64,000 nucleotides of DNA, taken from the NCBI GenBank assembly GCA_964016885.1, contig OZ024757.1, forward strand, positions 33,666,001-33,730,000, read 5' to 3'. Below, one piece after another: positions 1 to 12,824 of this stretch (positions are counted from its first letter, which is position 1; each line of letters starts with the position of its first letter). Both the position numbers and the translations under genes were made by a program. This DNA is from Eledone cirrhosa (Eukaryota). The notes under the pieces were generated by a model that saw nothing but the letters and a program-made list of their open reading frames with translations, searched no databases and was not told where the DNA came from.

Positions 1-411
1 TCTTTCACCGAAAGTGATTTTTCATTGCATCTCTTCTTTCCATGATATCCGGATTACATTGAGTTCTTCATACGATTGGACACTACCGTAAACTCTTGGT
101 AGATTTATCTACATATATATATTTATATATATATATATGTATATTTATATTTATATATATATATATTATTTATATATTTATATATATATTATATATATAT
201 ATATTTATATACTAATATATATGCACATGTGTTTGCATATATATATATATGCCGCAGTGTGAGTCTGTACATGTATGTGTCTATATATGTGTGTGTGCAT
301 GTGTATATATATATATGTACATATTCATGGTCTCAGGAGACATAAGAATGAAGATGTTAATTATTGCCACTACATTTGATCCCCATATGATAGGTGCGAT
401 GACGATGATCT

Positions 412-1070
412 TCTTGTCTGTCCACTGAGATTTGTACAGTAGCTGATAACTGTGACCTATTTGTCTGTCCACTTTGAGCCTTGTACAGTAGCTGATGACT
501 GTGACCTATTTGTCTGTCCACTTTGAGCCTTGTACAGTAGCTGATAACTGTGACCTATTTGTCTGTCCCCTTTGAGCCTTGTACAGTAGCTGATGACTGT
601 GACCTATTTGTCTGTCCACTTTGAGCCTTGTACAGTAGCTGATGACTGTGACCTATTTGTCTGTCCACTTTGAGCCTTGTACAGTAGCTGATGACTGTGA
701 CCTATTTGTCTGTCCACTTTGAGCCTTGTACAGTAGCTGATGACTAGTCTTCTTGTCTGTCCACTTTGAGCCTTGTACAGTAGCTGATGACTAGTCTTCT
801 TGTCTGTCCACTTTGAGCCTTGTACAGTAGCTGATGACTAGTCTTCTTGTCTGTCAAATTTGAGCCTTGTACAGTAGCTGATGACTAGTCTTCTTGTCTG
901 TCAAATTTGAGCCTTGTATAGTGGCTGATAACAGGGACCTTCTTGTTTGTCCCACTTTGAGCCTTGTACAGTGGCTGATAACTGTGACCTATTTGTCTGT
1001 CCACTTTGAGTCTTGTTTCAGTGATTTTCTTATCTGTCCACTTTGACCCTTGTACAGTAACTGATGACAC
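412..1070. repeat. 49/47-bp minisatellite, about 13 copies
   Basis: TTGTCTGTCCACTTTGAGCCTTGTACAGTAGCTGATGACTGTGACCTAT. Confidence 0.95.
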
Positions 1071-1910
1071 TAATCTTCTGATAAAACAAAGTACCAGTTA
1101 TGCACTGAGGTCGATTTAATCGACTTTCTCCTCCCCAAAATTGTTGGCCTTGTGCCTAAATCAAAAGCCATTATTATTATTATTTCTTCTTCTTCCACAG
1201 GTTTCATATAACCACAGCATGATCAGGTAAGTGACTAGTTGCTTTCAGCTATTAGCATAGGGAGGTGTATGCCATAAAAAATATCACATAAAATAACATT
1301 ATTTATTGCAAGAAATGTATACTTTCTATATTCCACTTAGTGTCTCATATATATAAACTGTAGAAGCATATATGAAGTGTGTTTTATTATATATTTCTGG
1401 CAATATTATAACAACTTATACGTTAAATAGTGAGAAAAAAACGATTTTGTGTTGGTAGATAATTTAATTCTCTGTCCCCGGACTAGTTTCTGTTACCCCA
1501 TCTGCTGGTAGCAGTCCATGTTGGACTGGTTTGCACAGAAATTAGGTAATGCTATTAAACATTAATTAATCGGCTAAGAGTAACTTAGTAACATTGGCGG
1601 GAAGTTAGCCCTCCTCGGAACAGGTGAAACATCAGGCCACTGTATTTGATGTAAAATTGCCATTACGTAGTCAGTGCCGCTTTAAGTGTCATGTGACAGA
1701 TGTCCGGGAGAAGATATATATATAAATATATGTAATGGGTGCTGTATTGGTGGTCTGGATAACCAAAGATGTGGGGTTGACTCCCATGTATGTCAATATT
1801 CATCTTTTCCATTTATTTAGTCAAAAATACAGCAAAAGCTTCTATTTCTATTTCAAATATCTATATACATATAATGTGTGTGTGTGCATGTAAGTGTGTA
1901 TATGTATATA

Positions 1911-2344
1911 GAGAGGGAATAAGAAAAGGCAAAAATAGTTTCAGATGTGAAAGTCCTTTATTGATAAGGCTATGATAAATATTTCAAGACGACAGTGGCC
2001 ACGTGAGTCCACCTAACAGTGCCATGATCTCATCAGACAGCTTCTTACATAATAAGGTTACGTTCCGAGGCAATCCAAATAAAATGGCAAGGGAACGGTC
2101 AATCTGTAAACGCAGAAGTGGATATTTCAAAAACGTTGCAACCGGAGGAAGACAGGAAGACGATACTTTGGTTCGTGGAAACATTCCCTGGCAAAGAACG
2201 GGAAAAAACGAATATAATACGTCAGTAATAGGACGCGGTGAAATATCCACTTCTGCGTTTACAGATTGACTTTGTTAGTTTCAGAGATCCCGTTAAGGGT
2301 GAAAGCAGCGATTCTTTGCTTAAACTGTAATCTGTTATTTTAAT

Positions 2345-2347
<3 letters not shown>
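1911..2347. mobile_element. Penelope-like/retrozyme-type remnant with inverted segment, flanked by TA-rich microsatellite
   Basis: Contains the hammerhead motif, a perfect 32-bp inverted repeat (2098-2129/2239-2270) and a terminus (2277-2342) shared with the palindrome at 30759-30893. Confidence 0.55.
1955..2058 (-). ncRNA. Type I hammerhead ribozyme motif
   Basis: Minus strand reads GCUGU-CUGAUGA-[imperfect stem II]-GAAA-U-AUUU-A-UC/AUAGC. Stem I is GCUGU/AUAGC, extended by UAAG/CUUA. Stem III is short and palindromic (AAAUAUUU). Predicted cleavage follows C at 1974. Confidence 0.7.
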
Positions 2348-3505
<1,158 letters not shown>

Positions 3506-3787
3506 TTACACACACTTGTTTGTGTGTGCATATTATTATATTTGGAAATATTTAGACACCACCAACACCACCATCTGCCCCCAGATGACTCACTCTGTTT
3601 ACTGTTGTGGACATTCTATTTTTACACACACCAATTGATGGTGGAGGGTAGTGGTGGTGGGGTGGGGGGGGGGGGGGGGCGGTGGTGTGTCTTTTGAAGG
3701 TACTCATAAAAACGAAACATGTATTTCTTGTCATATTTATATATATATATATATATGTATGTATAAATATATATATATAATGTATAA

Positions 3788-3841
<54 letters not shown>

Positions 3842-4044
3842 ATGTATATATGTGTGTATATATGTATGTGTGTGTATATGTATATATGTGTGTGTGGATA
3901 TATATATATATATATAACCGTACGTAAAATGATGATGATATATATATATATATTTGTTTTGCAAGGTTTTTGATATGAAATTGTGTGTCAAAGCAGATAT
4001 TGTTGTACTTGAGGAGGGTATAATAATTGCCAGAAATAATAGCA

Positions 4045-4093
<49 letters not shown>

Positions 4094-4099
4094 TATATA

Positions 4100-4537
4100 T
4101 CTAAACTATAATAAAGTTTGTAAAATAAGTTGGATTACTTTGAATAAATAATGAATGAATATTACATAATTTATCAACTAAATTTTGTTATTCTTGATTA
4201 AATATAAATAATATTGTTGCTTATTTTAAGATTCACTTCTTTAAAATTTTCAAATGTCAACATTTCCAGGTAGCGATCGCTTAAATAAACATTCATATAT
4301 TTCCATCGCTAATTTTCTCCTAATGCAGTTTATATATAATATCGTCTTTTTTGAATGTATCATGTTACTGATTACATGAGACAGTGTAACACAGTCTTCG
4401 TTCAATTTCTGTTTATATTGTCAATTACGTTTTTATTTGATGTATCATATCTACATGTATATATACTTGCGTATAATATCAATATACACACTACACATGC
4501 CAGCAGAAAACCACCTGAAGGTTGGTTTTTCTGCTAG
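4100..4537 (+). mobile_element. Non-autonomous Helitron, internally deleted copy of the same family
   Basis: A|TCTAAACTATAATAAAG...hairpin...CTAG|T; body aligns by eye with 12220-12824. Confidence 0.8.
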
Positions 4538-5670
4538 TATATATAATTATATATATATTATTATGTATGTATATATGTGTGTGTGTATGTATGTATATAT
4601 ATGTGTGTGTGTATGTATGTATATATATATGTGTGTATGTATATATATATATGTGTGTTTACGTGTGTATATATATATGTATGTATGTGTATGTAAACAT
4701 ATATATATATATGTGTGTATGTATATATGTATGTGTATGTATACATATATATATATGTGTATGTATACATATATATATATATGTGTGTATATATATATAT
4801 ATTATTATGTATGTATATATATATATATATACATGTGTGTATATATATATGTATGTGTGTATATATATATATGTATGTGTGTATATGTATGTGTATATAT
4901 GTATATGTATGTGTATATATGTATATGTATGTGTATATGTATGAGTATATGTATATGTATGTATATATGTATATATATATATGTATAAGTGTGTATATAT
5001 ATAAAAATATGTATGTATATATATGTATATATATATGTGTGTGTGTGTGTATAGATGTAGATATATATCATGATTATTTAACGGCTGTTCATTCTAACAG
5101 TAGCTGGACACACAGACACAGATATGTGATTCAACCCAGGCAAGCATGAATAAACAAACATAAAATGGTGTTGCTTATAATGATATATATATATATATAA
5201 ACACATACATATATATATATAAACACATACATATATATATATAAACACATACATATATATATATAAACACATACATATATATATAAACACATACATATAT
5301 ATATATATATAAACACATACATATATATATATAAACACATACATATATATATATAAACACATACATATATATATATAAACACATACATATATATATAAAC
5401 ACATACATATATATATATATAAACACATACATATATATATATAAACACATACATATATATAAACACATACATATATATATAAACACATACATATATATAT
5501 ATAAACACATACATATATATATAAACACATACATATATATATATATAAACACATACATATATATATAAACACATACATATATATATAAACACATACATAT
5601 ATATAAACACATACATATGTATATATATAAACACATATATATGTCATCATCATCATCATTGTTGTTTTAA

Positions 5671-5868
5671 CCCTTTAGCATTTAAATTACTCTATATATA
5701 CTATTGTATTTTTGTGGTAAAGGCTTTGTCTCACATTATCTCACATAATATTGAATCTATTTTGAGAACAATACCTTAACATTAGTATGAGAGGCTGGTT
5801 ACGACCAGTTTGAACAGAAAGAGGTGAGAGAATTCTGGCCGTATACAGTCAGTTTAAAAGCGAAAGGG
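5671..5868. mobile_element. piggyBac-like MITE
   Basis: TTAA-CCCTTTAGCATTTAAA...TTTAAAAGCGAAAGGG-CTAA; interrupts a retroelement tail at a TTAA site. Confidence 0.8.
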
Positions 5869-7521
5869 CTAATGTCCGCTTTCCCTGCTAGCAAGGGTTG
5901 GACTGATCTACATAGACCAATTCAGTGTTGCAGTGGAGCCACTGATATCCCAGGCAGGCTAGGGATCTGTGTTTCATTTCTGTACATTCTCACATTCCAC
6001 TGAGTGCACAGGAGTGGTTGTCCTGTCTTTGACACAACTGTGGGTCCTCCCAACCCTTTTTAGTGAGAGATTCCTGTGGCTGGATGCCCTTCCTATCATC
6101 AGCCACTTTATAGCATGTACTGGGTGCACTTATCGTGTTAGATCACCAAACACAAGGAAGGTTGTCATGTCCTTTAGATGACTGAAGGGTCCTTCCAACT
6201 CTTTGTTTAGCAAGATTTCTACAGCTGGATGTCCTTCCTATCTCCAACCACTTTACAGTGTGTACTGCGTGCATTTATCGTGTAGATCACCAAACACTAG
6301 GGAGGGTGTTATGTTATTTACATGACTGAAGGGTCCGCCCAACCCTTTACATGGCAAGATTTCTACAGCTGGATACTCTTCCTATTTCCAACCACTTTAC
6401 AGCATGTAGTGGGTGCCTTTCTGCACACATTCTTCGTCTGTCTAAAAAACGTTTTCCCTCTCTACTTTCTTTACTTAGTCTTGGCTATCTTCCTAAATCT
6501 TCTCTCTCCAAAACATTCCTTTTTCTCTCTTATTCTATCTTTCGATGCAGGAGACATTTTCCTTACTATAACAAGTGTTAAATTAATAATGATAATAATT
6601 GTTTCCACTTTTGGCACAAGGCCAGCAATTACCCAGTACATTACTGGTACTTTATTTTATCGACCTCGTAAGGATGAAAGGCAAAGTTAACCTTGGCTGG
6701 ATTTGAACTCAGAATGGCAAGGGCCGTAACTCTATGCTGCAAAGCTTGGTGTCCGACCCTCTACCGATACTGCCAATCCACCGCCAATTAATAATGATAA
6801 TAATGGAAATTATTGTGTACAGTGCTCAGGTGCACTACAACTCATCAAAAGTGCATGTGTAGTACAATATACAAAGTCAGGAAAATGAACAATGTATGAG
6901 CTATGATACACACACACATCCTCTCCATCATTACACAGTTGTTTTCCATGCTGGTATGGGTTTGATGGGTTGCCATGATCTGACCCATCTTGCTCATGCA
7001 TTCAATGGCTAAACACCCTTCCTTATGTCAACTGCTTTATTACAGGGTGTACTGTATTTTATCGTAGCACCACTACTACCAATTTACAGAGTGTACTGGG
7101 TGCATTTTATTGTGACATCACCACTACTACTTTACAGGACGTACTTGGTGAATTTTATTGTGGCACCCGCACTAGAGAGGTTGTTACATCCTCATCCTAA
7201 CTGATGAGTCCTCTCAAACCCTAAACTATCTTTGTTTTGTCATCATCATTGTAGCTTCTCCGTTATTTCGGTCTCTTGATATGTCCTGTCCCGAAGTATG
7301 GTGTTGTTTACTCAAAGAACTGGTAGCATACACTTCTTGTTTCTTAAACTACTCCGGAGTAAACAGACCCACCAGCTCACTTCGTTGAGTGCTCTACTCT
7401 GTATACTGAAGTGTCAGTAACCAGCCAACACATACTCAAATTTATATATATATATATATATATCATCTCATCATCTTCTTTTAACGTCCATCTTCCACAC
7501 TAGCATAGGTTAGACGGGGTG

Positions 7522-7550
<29 letters not shown>

Positions 7551-7552
<2 letters not shown>

Positions 7553-7988
7553 CATCATCATCATCATCATCATCATTTTACGTCCGCTTTTCCCTGCTTG
7601 CAAGGGTGGGACGGGTCTTATTCAGCACAGCATCTCTCCACTCGTCACGGTCCCTCGTCATCTCCACCGTGAGCTTCAATGATCTGAGGTCTGTTCTCAC
7701 CACCTCCGCCCATGTTTTTCGTGGTCTACCTCTACTACGTCTTCCTTCAACTGGCATTTCCTGGCACTTCTTCACCCATCGGTCATCCTCCATGCGCATC
7801 ACATGTCCATACCACCTCAGTCTCCTCTCCCGTACACTACATTCTATCCCTCTCAGACACAGTTTCTCTCTCAACACATTTATGCTGGGTCGTTCACGCA
7901 CATTTACACTGCACATCCAACGGAGCATGCTTGCCTCATTTCTCTCCAGCCGTCGCATATCTTCTGCGGTAGCTGCCCATGTCTCACT
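7551..7988 (-). mobile_element. RTE-clade LINE 3' fragment
   Basis: ETWAATAEDMRRLERNEASMLRWM...RERRLRWYGHVMRM...GRRSRGRPRKTW; (GAT)n tail. Confidence 0.9.
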
Positions 7989-7995
7989 AATATAT

Positions 7996-8044
<49 letters not shown>

Positions 8045-8053
8045 CATTTATAT

Positions 8054-8398
8054 AGAGGCACATGACTTGGTGGTTAGAGCATTGGCCTTGCAATCGACAG
8101 GTTGTGAGTTCAATTCTCAGACCGGGTGATGTGTTGTTTCCTTGAGCAAAACACTTTATTTCACATTACTCCAGCTTACTCAGCTGTAGAAATGAGATGA
8201 TAGGGACTGGGGTCCCTATCATTCCACTGCAAAGTGGTCGTGGAGGTGCCACGGCAAAAAAGCACCCAGCACTCACTGTAAATGAGGTTGGTGTTAGGAA
8301 GGGCATCCAGCTGTAGAAATCAAGCCAGAATCAGTTCCCGTCCCACCCTTGCAAGCAGGGAAAAGTGGACGTAAAATGAAGATGATGATGATGATGAT
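8054..8398 (+). mobile_element. tRNA-derived SINE with CORE-like centre and RTE-derived tail
   Basis: A box TGACTTGGTGG, B box GAGTTCAATTC, centre TTCCTTGAGCAAAACACTTTA, tail matching the RTE 3' end. Close copy at 53144-53470; same head at 10109 and 18819. Confidence 0.85.
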
Positions 8399-9192
8399 AT
8401 GTGTGTGTGTATATGCACACATTCACCCCCATAACTTGTTGCTTGCTTTCCCACAATGCTGATGCACTGACAAGAGAAAGAAAGAGAGAGATCTGACTAT
8501 ACAAAAGATGTGTGTGTGTGTGTGAACAATAAAAACAGAAGTCAGGTGTAGGTATATATATATATATACACAAAAGATATATATATATATATCATCATCA
8601 TCATCATTTTACGTCCGCTTTCCTCTCTGTGTGTGTGTGTGTGTGTGTGTGTACAAAAGAGAGAGAGAAAGATATGTCTATGCAAAAGAAAGAGAAAGAA
8701 TGAGATCTGTGTTCTGTATAGACAAATAGCATAGCACTTAACATGCTATTGTTCTCCAAGGAATAGTTTACAATCCACCAATGGGTCCTTTGTTTTTCTT
8801 ATTCATAAGACAATTGTATTATGTGTTTGTTTGAAAATATCTTCTGTCTGTTATTCTGGTATTCTGGTATTTAGCTTCCATGTCAGCTGCAGAGTGGTTA
8901 GAGTGTTGGATTAATAATAGAGTGGAACCTCTGTTCACAAACGCCTCACATCACATATTAATCGATTCACAAACAATTTTTCTGAACATAAAATGTCTGA
9001 GGTGATGAATGGTGTCTTGAGTAACGAACACACAGGCCAGCAACAACTGGTGCAGTCTTCAAGGTGAGGGTTAGCAATGAGTACAGTGATGAATTTAACA
9101 TCTGAGATGGAATCTACTGAACAGGAAACAATCATTAGTCCCCTGTTCATTATAGTCCTCCTCCAGGACATAAAAGAGGAATTCAAAACTGG

Positions 9193-9700
9193 ATCATCAT
9201 CATCATTTTACGTCCGCTTTTCCCTGCTTGCAAGGGTGGGACGGGTCCTATTCAGCACAGCATCTCTCCACTTGTCACGGTCCTTCATCATCTCCTCCGT
9301 GAGCTCCAGTGATCTAATGTCTAGTCTTACCACCTCCGCCCATGTTTTTCGTGGTCTTCCTCTACTGCATCTTCCTTCTACTGGGATTTCTTGGCACTTC
9401 TTTACCCAATGGTCATCCTCCATGCACATCACATGTCCATACCAATGCAGTCTTCTCTCCCGCACACCACAACTTATCCCTCTTATACACAGTTTCTCTC
9501 TCAACTCGTCTATGCTTGGTCGTTCACGCACATTGACATTGCACATCCAACGGAGCATGCTTGCTTCATTTCTCTCCAGCCATCGCATATCCTCTGCAGT
9601 TGTTGCCCATGTCTCACTACCATGCAGCATCGTGCATCTCACACATACATCATATAACCGGCCTTTTGTATGCAGGGAGAAACTCTTCTTTGTCAATGGG
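9193..9700 (-). mobile_element. RTE-clade LINE 3' fragment
   Basis: KGRLYDVCVRCTMLHGSETW...RRLHWYGHV...GRPRKTW; same tail. Confidence 0.9.
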
Positions 9701-11449
9701 AACTCCTATATGCTGATTATCTAACCCAGAGATGGAACCTGTGGCCTTCTAAGCCATTCTGTGCAGTCTTTTGAAAGAATCAAAAGTTTCCAACAAATTT
9801 TTAATTTTTATTATGTTTTTGTCTATCTCTTGATTGGTAATATCAGTAGAAGGTCGGACGCCATGCTTTGCAGCATAGAGTTACACCCCTTTATGGTATG
9901 AGTTCAAATCCCGCCGAGGTTAACTTTGCCTTTCATCCTTACGGGGTCAATAAAATAAAGTACCAGTAATACACTGGGATAATTGCTGGCCTTGTGCCAA
10001 AAGGAGAAACAATTATTTTAATTTAAACCTTAAGACGAACTTATTTCAGAGTAAAAGAAAATTCAAAGAAATAATCCACACTGACAGACAACCAGAATTT
10101 TAAAACTAGAAGGTGCATGGCTTAGTTGTTAGATCATTGGGATTGCAATTGATAGGTTGTGAGTTCGATTCTCGGATCAGTTGAGCAAGACACTTTATTT
10201 CACATTGCTCCAGTTTACTCAGCTATGAGTTGTGACGTCACTAGTGCCAAGCTGTATCGGCCATTGATTTTCCCTTGGACAACATTTGGTGGCGTGGAAA
10301 GGGAGGCTTGTATGCATGGGTGACTGCTGGTCAACCTTGCCCAGACTTGTGCCTCAGAGGGAAACTTTCTAGGTGCAAATCACATGGTCATTCATGACCG
10401 AAGGGGGTCTTTACTATGTAATCTAGATGAGACCTCAGCCCACCTCGGAAGCCAGTGGCTCCAGTAAAGTACTGACTTGATCTGTGATGACCTATCCAGC
10501 TCTTGCTAGCAGGAAAAAGGACATTTGATGATGATGATGATGATGATATATTCAAATAAGTGATTAGTCATTTTGTACTTAAGTTTTCTCACATGTCTCA
10601 TAAAGAAATTATTATTAAACCACAAAATAATGTTTGTAGTAGTAGTGATAGTTGAAGAGGTGGTGGTGGTGGTGGTGGTAGTAGTTGTTGTTGTAGTAGC
10701 TGTATTAGTTGTCGTAATAGTAATAGTAGTGTTGTTGTAATAGTAGTAGTAGTGATGGTGGTGGTAGTAGTATTCGTAGTAGCAGTGGTGGTGGTTATAG
10801 TAATAGCAGCAGCGGCGGTGGTGGTGGTAGTAGTAGTAGTAGCGGCAGTAGTAGTAGTAGTAGTAGCAGCAGTAGTAGTAGTAGTAGTTGCAGTAGTAGT
10901 AATAGTAGTGTATTTTACTCCAAACAAACCTGCTTATTAATAATAACTGTAAAGAAAATATTTGCTAATTGTGGCTCAGTGATCACAACCACTGTGGCGG
11001 TGGTGGTGGGGCTAGTGTTGGGGGGGGGGGGTAGTGTTTGTGGAGGTGTGGGGGGGGGGGGGGTGATAGTAGTGATGTGTGGGGATGTGGAGGTATTTGG
11101 GGAGGTGATGGTGGTTGTGTGTGATGGTGATGGTAGTGACAGTGACGATGATGATGACGATGGTGATGAGGATACTGGTGATGATGATTATTATGATGAT
11201 AGTAAAATGCTCTCTTTGAAGAGCAAGAGAGAGGGAGGAGAGAGGGTGAAAAAAGAGGAATACAGAGAGAGGTGGAAGGGAAGAAGCTAAGGGAGAAGAG
11301 AGAGGGAGGAATTGAAGGAGTGAGAGGGAGGGAGGGAAGAGGAAAAGAGAGATAGAGAGAGGAAAAGAGAGGTATTGAAAGAAATTTAATTACATATATT
11401 GACAAAAAGGAATACTTTAAAGAAATAAGAAGTAAAATGGTTATAAAAA

Positions 11450-12159
11450 TATAATATAATGACCCCTTAAAATGAGGTCGGGGGGGGGGGGGACAAGGGC
11501 AGATTGAACCCACCACAATTAAAACCACCTCTGTGGGACCAAAATATAATATAATGACCCCTTAAAATGAGGTCTGGGGAGAAAGAGGGCAGATTGAACC
11601 CACCACAATTAAAACCACCTCTGTGGGACCAAAATATAATATAATGACCCCTTAAAATGAAGTCTGGGGAGAAAGAGGGCAGATTGAACCCACCACAATT
11701 AAAACCACCTCTGTGGGACCAAAATATAATATAATGACCCCTTAAAATGAGGTCTGGGGAGAAAGAGGGCAGATTGAACCCACCACAATTAAAACCACCT
11801 CTGTGGGACCAAAATATAATATAATGACCCCTTAAAATGAGGTCTGGGGAGAAAGAGGGCAGATTGAACCCACCACAATTAAAACCACCTCTGTGGGACC
11901 AAAATATAATATAATGACCCCTTAAAATGAAGTCTGGGGAGAAAGAGGGCAGATTGAACCCACCACAATTAAAACCACCTCTGTGGGACCAAAATATAAT
12001 ATAATGATCCCTTAAACAGAAGCTAGCCAGTAACAAGGGCAGATTGAACCCACCACGACTACTGCCTCTATGAGTCTAAAATATAATATAATGACCCCTT
12101 AAAATGTAGCCAGTGGGGAACAAGGGCAGATTGAACCCACCACTTCTGTGGTACCAAAA
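11450..12159. repeat. 90-bp minisatellite, about 8 copies
   Basis: Period 90 (GAAAGAGGGC at 11581, 11671, 11761, 11851, 11941). Confidence 0.95.
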
Positions 12160-12824
12160 TCTATACTATATTAAAGGGAGGAGTGCAGGACAGCGTCCGT
12201 TTTTAAATTTGTTATCCCGTTAGTAAAATAAGTTGGATTATTTTGAATAAATAATTGTTTCTACTATTGGCACAAGGCCAGCAATTACCCAGTAGATTAC
12301 TGGTACTTTATTTTATCCACCCCGTAAGGATGAAAGGCAAAGTTAAATATTATGGAATTTATCTACTAAATTTCGTAGCTCTTGATTAAACATAAATATT
12401 CTTATATAGAAAGTGTTGCTTATTTTAAGATTTACTTCTTTAAAATTTTCAAATGTCACACTTCCGGTTAGCGTCCGTTATATTATAACACTTATCACAT
12501 CGCTTATATAAACATTCATATATTTGCATCGTTATATAAGGTTTATATTTAGGTTGCTAATTTTCTACTTTTTCGTTTTCCTAACATTTTAGTTTATTAT
12601 ATATGCAGTTTATATATAATATCGTCTTTTTAAAATGTGTCATGGATTACTTTACTGATTACAGAAGAGAGTGTAACACAGTCTCTCATCAATTTCTGTG
12701 CATATTGTCAATTACGAATTATTTTTACGTATCATATCTAAATACATATATATTTGCATATAATATCAATATGCACACTATACATGCTAGCAGAAAACCA
12801 TCTGAAGGGTGGTTTTTCTGCTGG
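12160..12824 (+). mobile_element. Non-autonomous Helitron with nested SINE fragment (about 12255-12345)
   Basis: 5' TCTATACTATATTAAAG, 3' hairpin AGCAGAAAACCA..TGGTTTTTCTGCT and terminal CTGG. Inserted between A and T with no TSD: the flanks rejoin as the minisatellite unit ACCAAAA|TATAATATAATGACCCC. Confidence 0.85.

Noticed and set aside
412-1070. Repeated CTGATGA suggesting a hammerhead array; minisatellites as CRISPR-like arrays
   Set aside because: No GAAA or stems; the units are contiguous with no unique spacers, and the context is eukaryotic with no cas genes.
1984-2269. Two antiparallel 88-aa ORFs
   Set aside because: No recognisable domain; better explained by the ribozyme-bearing inverted element.
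8054-8130. tRNA gene
   Set aside because: A and B boxes are present but continue into a multicopy SINE body without a proper cloverleaf.
8875-9063. Possible plus-strand exon ending AAG|GTGAGG; similar weak candidates at about 33706-33768 (+) and 1-108 (-)
   Set aside because: No recognisable homology, weak splice signals on one side, and no consistent gene model.
11467-12036. 189-aa ORF with a 30-aa repeat
   Set aside because: Consequence of the 90-bp minisatellite period.
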